NCBI RefSeq assembly: GCF_964213995.1
Contig: NC_135823.1
Location: forward strand, 35,154,001-35,218,000
DNA length: 64,000 bases
DNA from: Mustelus asterias
Taxonomy: Eukaryota
Direction of reading: 5' to 3'
A program made the position numbers and the translations under genes. The notes beneath the pieces are model-generated. The model did no database searches, was not told the DNA's origin, and was given only the letters and a program-made list of their open reading frames with translations. Of the stretch, positions 23,656 through 37,996 are shown piece after piece; the stretch's first letter is position 1, and every line of letters begins with the position of its first letter.

Positions 23656-25396
23656 GTGGATAACTTCACAAGTCATCTGCCATGTTCTTGTCCACTCACC
23701 CAACCTTTTTCTCTGCAATCTCATTGCATGCTACTCACTGATAATTTTATCAGCCTTGTATTTGTACAAACTAGAGTATATTACACTCAGTCCCCTCATC
23801 ATTAACATGGATTGTAAATAGCTGACGCCCAAGTATTGACTCTTGCCATACTCAGTTTGTTTACAGCCTGCCAACTTAAATATTTTAATTATTACTTTAT
23901 TATTTTTTGCCTTTTAACCAATCCTCACCATGTGCAAATATATTATTCACAATCCCATGAGTCCTAATTTTGTGTGACAAATTACTGAATTAATTTTGAA
24001 AATCCAAATACACTACATCCATTACTGCATCTGCAAAAAAGCAGATTGGTCAGTCAGGAATCCATGTTGACTCTGTTTAATCATATTATAATTTTCTGGT
24101 CCATGTTACCTCATCCCTAATAATAGGTTCTAGGATTTTGCCTACTACTGATATTAGGCGAACTGACCTATAATTTCCCGTTTTGTCTTTTACTCCTTTA
24201 ATAAACAGCAATGTTATATTGCTCCTGTCCAATCCTTGTGAGTTCTTCTAAAATCTAAGGAGTTCTGGAAAATAAAAACCAGTGCATCTAAATTAAAAAA
24301 AATCTCCCCCTCCTTTAAACAAGGCTGAGCTCCCATCCTCTAACTGCGGGTCGACCTAATGATCTTCCTGTTGCTGTGAGCACCCCTCTGTGCATACTGC
24401 CCAACACACTCTATGCTGCACTTGTGGTGGCTACATCCCACTACCACCACCTGACTTGCACCATACTTGCCTTCAGCTCTTGCTCGTTCATAATTCATAT
24501 TGTGCACAGTCCCTGAAAAGTCTCTGAATCCCCAGATAGCCCCAGTTTGTAAAGCACTAACTTAGATGGACAGTGAATGACCATCACTTTGTTCCATAAG
24601 CAGCATCACCGTGCATATACATGGTGGTCAGATAATTAGTAATTTATTTCAATTACACAGTGAGTGACACTATCCTGCTTTGTAAACCTGATTACAGTTA
24701 TAGAGGGATAAGCAGTAATTGATGTACCATTTTTAATTACAGCGGACATTGTGCTTGGTAATTTACTTCCTGAAACGGCAGGAATATGCAGAATTCAGCA
24801 GTCATTACAATGTTAAATGCATGGTAGCTTCCTGTATAAGACTTCTTGAGGATGAATATGACTTTTACGTGAAACAAGCAAGTTCATTTTGTGTTCAAAC
24901 AATAGGAATAAAGTATAAATATAAAACTGGTAGAAAAACTGAATAGTAATAAACTGAAATAGAGGCAGTTTTGATGCATAATTTCCACAATCTAGAGTCA
25001 ATGTCCAGTATTCTTTATTCCTATTTTAGATTTGCAATATTTTCCCCTCATTCTGTATTCCCTTGCTTTTTTGTAATTTTGCATCATGCTCTGAGCATTC
25101 ATCTTCAGGTGAGAGTGCACAGCTTTAGCTCCAATGTTCTGAACATGCCTTCCCCTTGGTGTCATTGGCCAGGTTCACATCCTGTAGCAACTTGCGAGTG
25201 TTAATCTGTCTCAATGCTCAGAGATGTGCTCAGCTGTACTGTGTGGAGTGAGTGAGGCGACCCTTACCCTTTTCCACCACCTATAGTTACCAGGCACCAG
25301 TGAAACTTTCAGTGTGTTACTTGTGCTAGGAGCTGGGTTGATGAATTACTGTATGTTTCTGCTTCATTCTTCTTGCTTCCTTAACAAAGTTCCCAG

Positions 25397-25448
25397 CAGG
25401 TGAATGCCTTGGAAATCACCCCAGACCGCAGTATGATTGCAGCAGCAG
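25397..25448 (+). CDS. MLST8: MLST8 coding exon 2
   Basis: QVNALEITPDRSMIAAA+G; cccag| acceptor, |gtaagc donor. Confidence 0.97.
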
Positions 25449-26000
25449 GTAAGCAGAGTGGCGAGCACCTGTGTACTCCATTCACCGTGATGCTTTTTAG
25501 ACAGACCTGTGGGTCATGATGCTTGCACCAAGCTTCACACTGAAATGTGTGATTATTGAATGGTATGGTGTAAATCCAAGCATATTTAACACAACTCCTG
25601 TGTAGTTGAAATGGAGATAGAAACTGAAATATAGCTATGTGAAATATACCTAACATGAGGTATTCTAAGATTGATATATCCACTCCCCAATGGGAGAGGG
25701 ATGGAAGGGAGGATTGCATTTTAAATGTTTCTAATCTTGCTAAAGGCTGGAGAATTTTTTGCTTGTGCCCTGAAAGACTTCACTTTGCTGAAAGGTGAAA
25801 ATTAGTGACCGTAGTCGTCAGGGAGATTTGCATAATTTTATGCCCACTTTTCAGAAAAGCAAGGACTACATTTTGACCATGTTGCTGCTCATTCTTAAAG
25901 CATGGAGTACGACTTGAGCCATGTTCTGCAGTGTAAACGGCACTCCCGTTGCAAGTGTCATCTGATGTAATGACGTTTCTTTTTTTGGCCCACCTTGTAG

Positions 26001-26163
26001 GGTACCAGCATATCCGAATGTATGACCTGAATTCAAACAACCCAAACCCAGTCATTAACTATGACGGGGTCAGCAAAAACATCACCTCAGTGGGGTTCCA
26101 TGAGGATGGGCGTTGGATGTACACTGGTGGGGAGGACTGCATGGCCCGGATCTGGGACCTCAG
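26001..26163 (+). CDS. MLST8: MLST8 coding exon 3
   Basis: [53 protein letters not shown]; phases match neighbouring exons. Confidence 0.98.
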
Positions 26164-28728
26164 GTATTTATCAAGAAACAAACAAGTCAGCTGTGGCTTA
26201 TTTGGTAACATTCTCACATTTGAGTCAGAAAGTTGTGGGTTCAGATACCACTCCAGAGACTTTCGAATGCAACATTAAACAGATGCTTTGTCTACCCTCT
26301 CAGATGTATGTAAAATATCCCATGGCATGGTTCTAAAGAAGAGCAGTGTATTTCTTCCCTATGTTCTGATCAATGTATTTATCCCTCAACTACATCACTA
26401 AAATAGATTATTTATTATATTGCTGTTTGTAGGATTTTGCTGTATATGACTTGCTGCTGCATTTCCTACATTGCAGCAGTGACTGTTTCAAAAATTACTT
26501 AATTGTTTAAAGTTTATCAGTGTCACAAGTAGGCTTACATTAACACTGTAATGAAGTTACTGTAAAAATCCCCTAATTGTGAGGTTCTTTGGGACATTAT
26601 GAGGACACGATGGGTGTTGTGTTAATTCCAATTTTTAAAATTCAGGTTGGGGGAGCCTTCTTGAAAAAAATTATAAAAGGAAAGCCCACAGCAATCTTTG
26701 GTGTTCCCGTAACCAAGGAACCATTGTGATCAGAATTAAGTATCACAGTAATAGATTGTCACACACTAATCAAAGACCACAATCCTAATCAGCCTCTTCC
26801 TTGATTAGGTTGCTGCCCCACCAAGTGAAAAGACAGGATCCGCACACTGTATGTTCCCAATTTCTACTGCAGTTGCTAGTTGGAGATGAAGAACTTCAGA
26901 TTCCATAAGAAGTTCTGTTTTGATCATTTGCTTTCACTTTCAATATGGGAGCAACCTGAGACCCTTGTTTGCTGGTCAACACCTCGCAGCAGACCAAGCT
27001 CTGCAGAGTCCTAGAGACAGTAGGAGGAGAAAATATGCTGAATGGGTAAAGGGAGTGGGTGGGGGTGTCCCTGAGCCCTGGCAATATCACAGGTACTCTT
27101 GTGTACTCTGAGATATCTGCACTTTCATTCTGACCTCTTGCACATGATCCATTTTAATTGCTTAAACATTGGTGGCCACGCCTTCAACTGCCTATGCCCT
27201 AAGTGCTGGACTTCCTCCCCTAAAACACTCTATACCTTGTTTTCCTTATTGAAAACACTCTTGAAAACCTACCTCTTTAACCAAACTGTTGGCCAGTTGC
27301 CCTAATATACCTTTGTGTGGCTGATGTCATATTTTGTTGCTCCTGTGAAATATCTTGGGACATTTTATTACATTAAAGGCACTAGATAAATACAAGTTGC
27401 TGTTCACAACCTCAAGATGATCCAAAGCACTTAACCAATGAAATATTTTTTGAAATATAATCTCTACTCTAATTTGAAAAATACAGCAGCTAATTTACAC
27501 ATGTTAAGGTTTCACAAATAGCAATGTATTAATGATCACATCCTTTTACTTAGTAATACGAGTTAAAAATGGATATTTGCCAGGGAGAGCTCTCCTACTC
27601 CCTCAAAATATTGCCATGGGATTTTTTTTTATCACCATTCCACCTGTTAAAACTATATGAATTTCACAAAACCAAAGTTTTACTACCACTGAAAATATCA
27701 AAACACTACAAATACTATGGGTTGATTGACGATGACCCCAGTGCTATACTGCCACTTTTTCCATCATTGAAATAAATGAATTGTACCACAGTGTTATGAA
27801 AGTTGTAGTAAATCTGCTGCTTAAAAGAACTGTTCAGTTAAGGCAGAAGGATTGTTAATTTATAAATCAGAGAAAACACTGAGGTATGTTATGTGTAGCA
27901 TCAGCAATGTCCTCACATAGAATCGCCAGTAGACTGAGTGCCTTCCCCCTCGTTGAATCATGACTTTTAAAAATATCTTACTATCTTGCCCTGGAAAAAA
28001 GTGCACAATCTTAGTGAGATTTGGCGTGAATTTTAATTTGCAAGAGGAGCACTGGTGTATGTATGTATGTGGAAAGTGCTGAAGTGTCGGGAAACCAACA
28101 TGAACCTGTCCATCTTGACATTTAATTGGTGCACAATTCGAAGTGTGTGAAAAAACCCCCCTGAAGCTGGTAGGTTGGGAATGTAGATATGCAGAAAGGC
28201 AATTAACTGAAGTTTTAACCCTCTTTCTCACGTAACTGCCAACATACTGGTCTCCCAACACTCTGAAATTTGTCGGGGTCAACAGGGTTTAGAGTACAAT
28301 GGAGATTGATAGGCCTTTGAAACTGACTGGCCGGAAACCAAAACAGAACATCTGCTTCTTTAGAACAGATTCACACGAATACCAAATTTCAAAGGGAACA
28401 ACAATTTATGCTGCATGAGAAGAGGGTGCTGATTGGTTGGCAAGTGGACTTTGGTGGAGGCTTTTCCATGGAGAATGCACCAGCGAACAGTTAATTGCCA
28501 AGTTTAAATTTAAACCAGGCAGGTTGACTGTGATTGGTCAAAACATTGCCTTTTAAATATTGAGGCTTTAACACTCAGATGTTTCCAGATCCCCCAGGTT
28601 TCACTTGCCTCCTCTTTTTCCATTTGGAGTTTGGTCTCACAAGGACTTCACTTAATTATCCTTATTCACAGAAGAAACAAATGCTGTGCATCCAGCAAAT
28701 GTCTCCACAGTATATTCCTCGACAGATA

Positions 28729-28940
28729 TACAGAAAAATGCTGGAAATGGTTAGCAGGTTAAGCAGCCTCTGTGGAGACAGAGACAAAATTAACATTTCA
28801 GGTTGATGTTCATTCATCATAAGTCTTGAAGCATTAACTCTCTTTCTCTTTCCACAGATGCTGCCCAATCTGCTGAGTGTTTCCAGCAATTTCTGTATTT
28901 ATTTCAGATTTCCAGCATCCGCAGTATTTTGATTTTGTAT
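28729..28940. mobile_element. Two head-to-head copies of a Penelope-derived short repeat
   Basis: aaatgctggaaatggttagcagg...ctgtggagacagag (minus) followed by ctctttccacagatgctgccc...tttccagcaattt (plus); single copies at ~3101, 16590, 20857, 42595, 47195 and 55750. Confidence 0.7.
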
Positions 28941-29441
28941 TAGCCCTCCATAGATATATTTGCTGTTGAATCCACTTTTATTTCTATCTTGAATCTTCAT
29001 ATCTAGTCAACTTGTTTTTGTCAAATTCAAGCATCCATCCATGGCCTTTATCCTTCCTATCTTTGTAACCTTCTCCAGCCCCACAACTCAATGAAATATC
29101 TGCTTTCCTATCGTTCTGGCCTTCTTGAACAACCCCAATTTTAATTGCACCATCTTTGGTGTACATGCCTTTAGCTGTCTGGACTCTAAGCTCAGAACTC
29201 TCTCCCTAACCCTCTCAATGCCTATCTTACATTCCTCCATTAAGACATTACTTAATACCTGCCTGTTTAACCAAGCTTTTGGTCACCTTCCCTAATTTGT
29301 CCTCATGTTACTCAGTGTCATCTTCTGCTTTATAATTCTCTTCTAAAGTGTCTTCGGGACATTTTATTATATTAAAGGTGCTGTACAAAAACAAGTGGTT
29401 GTCCATCTGAAACTGAGCCTGAAATTCTTTTCTTTTGAAAG

Positions 29442-29517
29442 GTCACGTAATCTGCAATGTCAGAGAATCTTCCAGGTCAACGCTCCTATCAATTGTGTCT
29501 GCCTGCATCCCAATCAG
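29442..29517 (+). CDS. MLST8: MLST8 coding exon 4
   Basis: [25 protein letters not shown]; aag| and |gtaagg. Confidence 0.97.
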
Positions 29518-30186
29518 GTAAGGAGTACCACTACCAAACACCAAAACTGGAGGAAAGGCGTTGTTTCCCTACTCACGCTGAGAAGCTCTGTGTTTGGTCT
29601 CTAGTGGAGACATGAAAAGGGCTCAAGCTGCAAATCCATCTTTCATTTGCCCACAGTATGCATTACCTGCCAGTATGTGGCGCTGCTGCACTTTGCAAAG
29701 TCTCTTCATAACTTGTCAGTACTTATTGAATCTGTGATCTGATCCAGCTTGACCTACAAAATCATGATCTAAGGGCTAAACCTGTCTCTGAACCATAAGA
29801 AAATGAAGGTATTGAATGCTCCAGTAATGCTTATGGTGCTACATCAAGTTTTTTAAGTGCTGGAAGCCATGTGTGTAGAGATGATCAGTTTTGATTGTAG
29901 AAAACTGAATTCAATAAATCTGATCATTCATGGGCTTGCACCATTTAAAATGACATGGAGAACCTAACACCTAGCAGGAAAGGGAAGCTGTGCTCCTCAA
30001 ACACCAACATCCCACAATCTGATTTAAACATAATTGCAACATGGCTTAGGTGACTATGCTCTAATTACGCAATTCAAAAAGCATCAAAATATCATAACTA
30101 TATCAGAGCAGCAAGAATGAGCGATAAATGTGGCCTAATGTTAGCTTTATCTCTTGAGGAAATGAAACATAAGGATGCAAATGGAT

Positions 30187-33100
30187 CACAGAATTGTTAC
30201 AGCACAGAAGGAGGCCATTTGGTCCATCGTGTCAGCAATGACTCTCCAAATTAATAATTCACTTAGTGCCTTCTTCCCGATAGCTTGCACATTCTTCCTT
30301 TTCTGATAATCTGATTCCTTTTTGAATGCTTCAGTTGAGCTTGCCTCCACCACAATGTCAGGCACTGCATTCCAGACTTTAAATATTTGCTGTGTGAATA
30401 AGTTTTTTTTCTCGTATTGCTTTTGTTTCTTTTGGCAATTACTTTAAATCTGTTCCTTCTCATTCTCAATATTTTCACTGATGGGAGCTGTTTCTCCCAA
30501 TCTACCCTGTCCAGACCCCTCATAATTTTGAAGACCTCTATAAAATCTCTCCACCTTCTTTTCTCTAAGGAAAACAATCCCAACTTCTTCATACGTGAAA
30601 TTCCTGGAACCATTCTTGTGAATCTTTTCTGTACTTAATGCCTTCATATCCCTTAAAATGCGGTGCCCGGTACTGGACGCAGTACTCCAGCTGAGGTCGA
30701 GCTAATATACGAGTTCAACATAACCTTCTTGCTCTTGTGTGGAGTTTGCGCGTTCTCTGTGTGGAGTTTGCGCGTTCTCCTCGTGTCTGCGTGGGTTTCC
30801 TCCGGGTGCTCCGGTTTCCTCCCACAGTCCAAAGATGTGCGGGTTAGGTTGATTGACCAGGTTAAAAATTGGCCCTTAGAATCCTAAAATGCGTAGGTTA
30901 GAGGGATTAGCGGGTAAATATGTGGGGGTAGGGCCTGGGTGGGATTGTGGTCGGTGCAGACTCGATGGGCCGAATGGCCTCCTTCTGCACTGTAGGGTTT
31001 CTATGATTTCTATGATTTGTACCTTATGCCCTATTAATAAAGCTTAGGTTACAGTATGTTGTATTAACTGCTATCTCAACGTGTCCTGTTACTTTTAATG
31101 ACTTATGTCTACATAAACCCAGGTGTCTCTGCTCCCACAGCTCCTTTAGAATTTTACTGTTTATTTTATATTATCTCACCCTGTTCTTGCTGCCAAAATG
31201 ATTCACATTTCTCTGCGTTGAACTTCATCTGCCACCTATCTTCCCGTTCCACCATCTTTTCTATGGAGGTGATTTTTAGCCTACATTCACTGTCAGAGAG
31301 AATGGCGACGCAGGCTGAAAATCCGGAATCGGGAAACGCAATTTCTGGAGAGAACATGTCACGCGAATTTCCCTGCCCCTCGACAGTGATGTGGTTCATA
31401 CCTACAAAGGATAAGAACCTCAGTTAAATGATTTTAAATGTAAACACTTTTGCCACGTATTTCCCCCTCTGTATTGTCGGTTACAACAGATTAACCCAGA
31501 CGTGAACCTGTCACGGGGATCCCCACATGAGGGCAAAAGTGAGTATGGCACCTGGGGAGAGGGACATGCCTGGGCAGTTCCTAACTGTGCCAACCTGGCA
31601 GTGCCAAAGGTGAACCCTAGTGGGAGCCTCTTTGGGGCGGGTGGGTGGTGCTTGTGTGTGTAGTGGGGAGGAGAGCAGGAGATGCTGGTGATGACTGTTT
31701 AAGGTGTAGGTCGGGGGGGAGAAAGAAAGAGGGGGAGATGCCAGCGATGACTGATGGTTGTGGGGGGGGTGGGGGAATGCTGTGATGTCAGTTGATTGGG
31801 TGGGGGGGATGCCTGTGTTGACCACTGGGGCAGAGGAAAGAGAGAAATACTGGTGTTGATCTTGGGGGGAGATCTCTATTATGCGGGGGGGGGGGGAACG
31901 ACATCTCTATGGTGAGGTGTGGGGGGAGGTTATTTCTTAGTCTGATCAGGGCACTTGATCTCAGCCGCCTTTGCCAGTGTGTTTAGGCCCCGTCCCTCAA
32001 AATGGCAATGTGAAATACACTCCTCTTTTTTTTTTGACAAAGTGCCGTAAGATCCAGCAAGAAAACTACCTGGAGAGAAACATGCCGGTTTTCAGTCAGA
32101 TCCTGATACTTTGCCATTTCCCATGTCTTCTTGAATGTCTTCTTCATCCTTCTCACAATGCTTCCGAGTTTCATATCCGCAAACTTTGAAATAGTGCTAT
32201 GTACACTGAGGTCTAGTTCATTAATTTTTTTTCAGGAAAATCAAGAGTCCCAACACTGACCCATGGGGAACTCCACTGCAAACCTTCCTCCAGCCAAAGA
32301 ACATCCATTAACCATTATTCTTTTTTTCTTGTCATGCAGTCAATTTTGTATCCATGTTCCTACTTTCCCCTTTTATTCCATGAGTTATAACTTTGCTCAC
32401 AAGTCTGTTATGTGGCACTGTATCAAATATGAGCATATGAAATAAGAGCGGGTGTAGGCCATTCAGCCCCTCGAGCTGGTCCACCTTTCAATAGGATTAT
32501 TGCTGATCTCATGTGTTTCTAATTCTACATTCTCATCTATGCCCGATAATCTTTGATTCACTTGCCTAACAAGAATCTATCTATCTCCACCTTAAAAATA
32601 TTCAATAACCCTGCCTCCATGCCTTCTGAGGCAGAGAATTCCAATGTTGCACAAGCCTCCGAGGAAAAACTATTTCTCCTTTTCTCTGTCCTAAAAGGAC
32701 AACTCCTAATTTTAAAACAGCACTCCCTAGTTCTGTACTTGCCCACAAGAGGAAGCATCCTTTCCATGTCTATCTTGTCAATACCACTCAGAATCTTAAA
32801 TCAAGATCTTACTTCAATCAAGCCACATCCCACTCTTCTAAGCTCCAGAGCAAACACGCCCAGTTTGTCTTTCCTCATAAAACAACCCCGTCATTCTAGG
32901 AATCAATCTGGTAAACCTCCTCTGAACTGCCTCCAATGCATTTACAGCCTTCCTTGAATAAGGAGACCAAAACTGCATACCATATTTGAAATGTGGTCTC
33001 ACCAATGCCCTGTATAACTGAAGCATAACATCCTTACTTTTATGTTCAAGCTCTCTCTCATAATAAAGGATAACATTCCATTAGTCGTAATTACTTGCTG

Positions 33101-35770
33101 TACGTGCATACTAACTTATTGTGACTCATGCTAGAGCACCTAGATCCCTCTGCACCTCTCCAGTCCTCTGGCACCTGTGTCTAAGGAAGATTGAAAAATT
33201 ATGGTCAGTGCCTCTGCAATTTACACTTTCACTTCCCCTCAATATCCTTGGATGCATCTTATCTGGTTCTGGTGCCTTATCAACTAAGTACAGACATCGT
33301 TTCCAATACAGCCTCTTTATCAATATGAAACCCTCCTAGTGTCTGAATTACCTTCCTTTTCACCTTGGCCTGGATGGCATCTTCTTCTTTGGCAAAGACA
33401 GATGCAAAGAATTTATTTAATACTTAGCTGTCCCCTCTGTCTCCATGTATAAATTCTCTTTTTGGTCTCTAATCAGCCTTACTCCTTTGACAATTTATAT
33501 GCGTTTAGAAGACTTTGGGATTCCCCTTTATGTTAGAGTCATGGAGGTTTACAGCATGGAAACAGGCCCTTCGGCCCAACTTGTCCATGCCGGCCCTTTT
33601 TTTAAACCACTAAGCTAGTCCCAATTGCCCGCGTTTGACCCATATCCCTCTATACCCATCTTACCCATGTAACTGTCTAAACGCTTTTTAAAAGGCAAAA
33701 TTGTACCCACCTCTACTACTACCTCTGGCAGCTTGTTCCAGACACTCACCACCCTCTGATTGAAAAAATTGCTCCTCTGGACCCTTTTGTATCTCTCCCC
33801 TCTCACCTTAAACCTATGCCCTCTAGTTTTAGACTCCTCGACCTTTGGGATAAGATGTTGTCTATCTAGCTGATCTATGCTCCTCATTATTTTATAGACC
33901 TCTATAAGATCACCCCTCAGCCTCCTACGCTCCAGAGAAAAAAATTCCCAGTCTATCCAGCCTCTCCTTATAACTCAAACCATCAAGTCCCGGTAGCATC
34001 CGAGTAAATCTTACCTGCACTCTTTCTAGCTTAGTATCCTTTCTACGATAGGGTGACCACAACTGTACACAGTGCTCCTTCCTAAAGGTGGCTTTAAGTG
34101 AATAATTAACAACTTATTTTATTGAACCAACTTGGAACTTGAACTAAACCAGTAAAAATTTTAATTAAAGGATGGTTCGACTGAAATGCTGTTCAAATAA
34201 AGACAAGGGTCATTCAGTACCAAAACAGTAATAACAGAATCTTAGTCACTCTCAAAAAAAACTAGATACAGCCAGGTCTGGTGGCTTGGAAAAGATTTGG
34301 AGGTTCTTCTGTTGCTATCCGCTGTCTGTAAGCGCTGTCCGATTGGGTACTTTTCGCTGGTTGAATGGTGAGTTCTCTTAAGACATGTCTGAAGTTGGCA
34401 GAGTTAAGAACTGTTGATCTAACTGCCTTTAACTGCTTCAGCTGATCTGACCCTAGCTGTCAGTCTCTTTTCATACTCCCTCCTTGCTTCTCTTATTTGC
34501 TTTTTTTTTCTCCACTCAGAACCTTCAAGATTCAGCTTAATTCTCAGTTGCGTTTTTTACCTGACATCTGTCTTAATTTCTGTTTCTTCTGTCATAAAGG
34601 GAGTTTGGCTTTGTTCGCCCTATCAAGGGCAAGGCACCTTTCAAGAGAATATACCTTTTGACTGTACCCAAAATATCTCTTCTGTGAAGGAAGCTCATTG
34701 TTCAGCTACCTTTTTACCTGCCAACATTTGACACCAATTAATTAGGCCCAGATCCGTTCTTACCCCATTGAAGTTGGCTTTCCCTCAGTTAATCATTCTT
34801 ACACAGGACTGTTCTTTGTCCTTTTCCATCATCAGCTTAAACCTTATGATACAATGATTACTGTCCCCTAACAATGTTCTCTTGCTGACATTTGATCCAC
34901 CACATTCCTAAGAACCAGATCTAACAGTGCCTCCTTTCTCATTAGGCTGGAACCATACTGTTGTAAAAAGTTTTCTTGAACCCACTCTAGGAACTCTTGC
35001 CCCTCTCTGCCCTTTACATGATTACTAGCGCAGTCTATATGCGGATTATTAAAGCCCCCCATTATAACTACCCTATATTGTTTGCACCTCTGAAATTTTC
35101 TTGCAAATTTGTTCCTCCACATCCTTCCCAGTAGGTGGCCTATAGACTACACCAAGCAATGAAATGTGCCATTTTCGTTCCTTAGCTCTAGCCAAACAGA
35201 TTCTGTCCTTGACCCTCCTCTAGGACATTTTCTTTCTCCAGCATTCAATGCTCTTCTTAATGAGTGTTGCCGCTCCTCCCCTTTTTTCTTCCTTTTTAAT
35301 CTTTCTTGAACACCTTGTATCCAGGAATATTTAACACCCCGTCCTGTTCTTCTGTTTTAGCTACCATACTGTATTTCCACATGGTAATCTGCGCTTGTAA
35401 CTCACCAATCTTATTTACCAGATTCTGTGTATTCACATAAATGCACAGTAAACATGATTTAGACTTTATTATTTACTACTTTACTCTGACCCGACCTATT
35501 AACTTCCTCTTCTTTATTCTAGTGCGATCTATCTCTACCAATAATCTGGTTGCGTTAGAACTCCTCTCTGATATTATCTCTTGATTGCCACACACCTGCC
35601 AAGTTAATTTGAGCCCTCCAAAATAGCACCAGCAAGATTCCCTGCAAGGAACTTAGTCATGATTCTATTTCATTGCAACCAGTCCGGCCTGTACAGGACC
35701 ATTTGCCCCAGAGCTGGTCTCAACGTTCCAAGAAACTAAAGCTCTCCCTCCTGCTCGGCACAACATCGTG
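30187..35770 (-). mobile_element. Nest of CR1 LINE fragments containing an HE1 SINE (30738-31018 +), a degenerate DNA element (~31270-32115) and a younger CR1 (33535-34070)
   Basis: ORFs 30263-30613, 32558-32767, 32838-33026, 33615-33887 and 34868-35122 are CR1 ORF2 pieces. Confidence 0.8.
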
Positions 35771-35899
35771 GGCCGAAGGGCCTGTTCTGTGCTGTACTGT
35801 TCTATGCACCATCTTCCTGGCCACACATTCATCTGCTTTGTTCTCCTATTTCAATACTCAATTGTGCATGGCACTGGGAGTAATCTGGAGATTACTACT

Positions 35900-36192
35900 T
35901 AAAGTTTATTTATTAGTCACAAGTAGGCTTACATTAACACCAATGAAATTACTGTGCAAATCCCCTAGTCGTTACAATCCGGCGCAAGTTTGAGTACACT
36001 GAGGGAGAATTCAGCATGGCCAATGCACCTAACCAGTGTTTCAGACTGTTGGGGGAAACCAGAGCACCGTGAGGAAACCCATGCAGACACGGGGAGAACG
36101 TGCAGACTCTGCACAGACAGTGACCCGAGCCGGGAATCAAACCTGGGTCCCTGGCATTGCAAGGCAGTAGTGCTAATCACTGTGCTGCCCGT
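35900..36192 (-). mobile_element. V-SINE
   Basis: tRNA head gggcagcacagtgattagcactactgcc plus V domain. Confidence 0.85.
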
Positions 36193-37596
36193 GAGGTCCT
36201 GCTTGGTAGCTCACCCAGCTCCCTAAATTCTGACTGTAGGACCACATCACTCTTTCGAGCTATGCTGTTTGTACCAAGTGGACCACGACTTCTGGCTCTT
36301 CACTCCCTCCCCTTTGGGTGTTCTGCAGCCACTCAGTGACATCTGTGACCCTGACACCAGAGAAGCAACATACTATTCTGAATTCATTTCTGTGGCTGCA
36401 GAAATACCTATCTATTTCAGTATCAACTCAGCTATCACTATTGTTTTTCCCATCTTCTTTGTATCTTATGTACAACTGAGTTGGCTGTTGTGCCAAGGAC
36501 TTGGCTCAGGCTATACTCCCCAGATGAATAATTGCTCTTGTCAATATTCAGAGCTGAATACAGGTTACAAAGTAGGATGCACTCAGGAGATTCCTGCACT
36601 ACTTGCTTGATCATTTTTGACTGGTGGTCATCCATTTGCTCCCTCCCTGCATACTCTTAAGTTGTGGGGTGACTACATCTATAAACTTGCTACCCGCGAA
36701 ACTCTCAGATGCAGCACAGTGATATCAACTTCTGCTCAAGTTTCAAAACCTGGAGCTCAAGGTACTACAACTGTTGACACTTCCTGCATAAATGGTTATC
36801 CAAGACATAGGAAGTGTCCTAGAGTTCCCACATAGCACAGGATGTGCACACTAGAGGTTGAAGCAGCCCTGCCATTTCTTTGATAGTTAATACTCTTGTT
36901 ATTTCTAATAAGTCTTACTACTGCAAAGAGGTAGCAATGATATATGGGGAACATGGCAGGGTAGCTCACGATCTGATGCTGATGTATACACATGGGATAT
37001 GGGGAAAATAGAGTTCTTTTAAAGCTTGGATCACTGATAGAATCTGACAACACAGGGAGGCCATTCAACCCATTATGTCAATGCTGTCTCTTTGAAAAAG
37101 CAATCTAACCAGCTCCGCCCTTTCCCCATAGCCCTGTTATTTTTCCCTTTGCATGCATATATCAGATTCCTTTTTGAAAATTAATATTGAATCTGCTGCC
37201 ATCCCCCTTTTTCAATGGTAGATTCAAAATCATGGTAACTTGTATAAAAGGAAAATTTCCCTCATCTCTCCTAGTTCTTTTGCCAATAATGTTTAAGCCT
37301 GTATCCTTTGGTTTCTGATTCTCCGCTTGGTAGAAATAATTTTACCTGAGAAAACTTATCAAAACCCTTATTAAATCTCCCCTTAATCTTCTGTACTTAA
37401 AGGAGAACAACCCCAGATTTTTGATAAGTCCCTTGTTCCTAGAGATGTCTGAATGTCATTGTAGAAGTTATCAGGCATACCATTCAATAACATTAACAGC
37501 AACAGATCTAGGAATCTTCATATGTTCACCCTTTCGTCCTCATTGTGGAAGGTAAATCTCTGCTTTGTACTCTGAACCATGTGAATTATTTTGCAG

Positions 37597-37749
37597 GCAG
37601 AGCTGATTGTTGGTGATCAGAGTGGAGCCATTCACATCTGGGATCTGAAAACTGACCACAACGAGCAGCTGATTCCTGAGCCAGATGTTTCAGTCAATGC
37701 AGTTCACATAGATCCAGATGCAAGCTACATGGCAGCGATCAATAGTTCA
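37597..37749 (+). CDS. MLST8: MLST8 coding exon 5
   Basis: [51 protein letters not shown]; ttgcag| and |gtaagt. Confidence 0.98.
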
Positions 37750-37996
37750 GTAAGTGACTTGGAACCAGGAAAAGTATAGATCTTCATTGGCCTCCAAACC
37801 AGACTAAGGCACAAATTAGAGCAGCATGAATGAGACCTGCAGTTGGATGGGGGGGTTGCATGGGGTGCCAATGACAATGGGAGCTGGAGTTACTGTGCCT
37901 GGAGGGACGCGGACCTACAGGTTGTGTGGTCAATGGTCCAACTGATGTTTCAGTCTAACCCACACCATTTTTTCTCTGCTCTTTCTTCCTCTCCAG

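Larger units (their letters stand above)
18462..25396 (+). other. MLST8: U12-type (minor spliceosome) GT-AG intron of MLST8
   Basis: 5' splice site GTATCCTTG; branch site TTCCTTAAC at 25377-25385, about 12 nt before the CAG acceptor; no long polypyrimidine tract between them. Confidence 0.95.

Noticed and set aside
25741-25990. Intronic snoRNA or octamer-containing enhancer (ATTTGCAT ~25826) in the short MLST8 intron
   Set aside because: No convincing C/D or H/ACA box arrangement; a single 8-mer is expected by chance.
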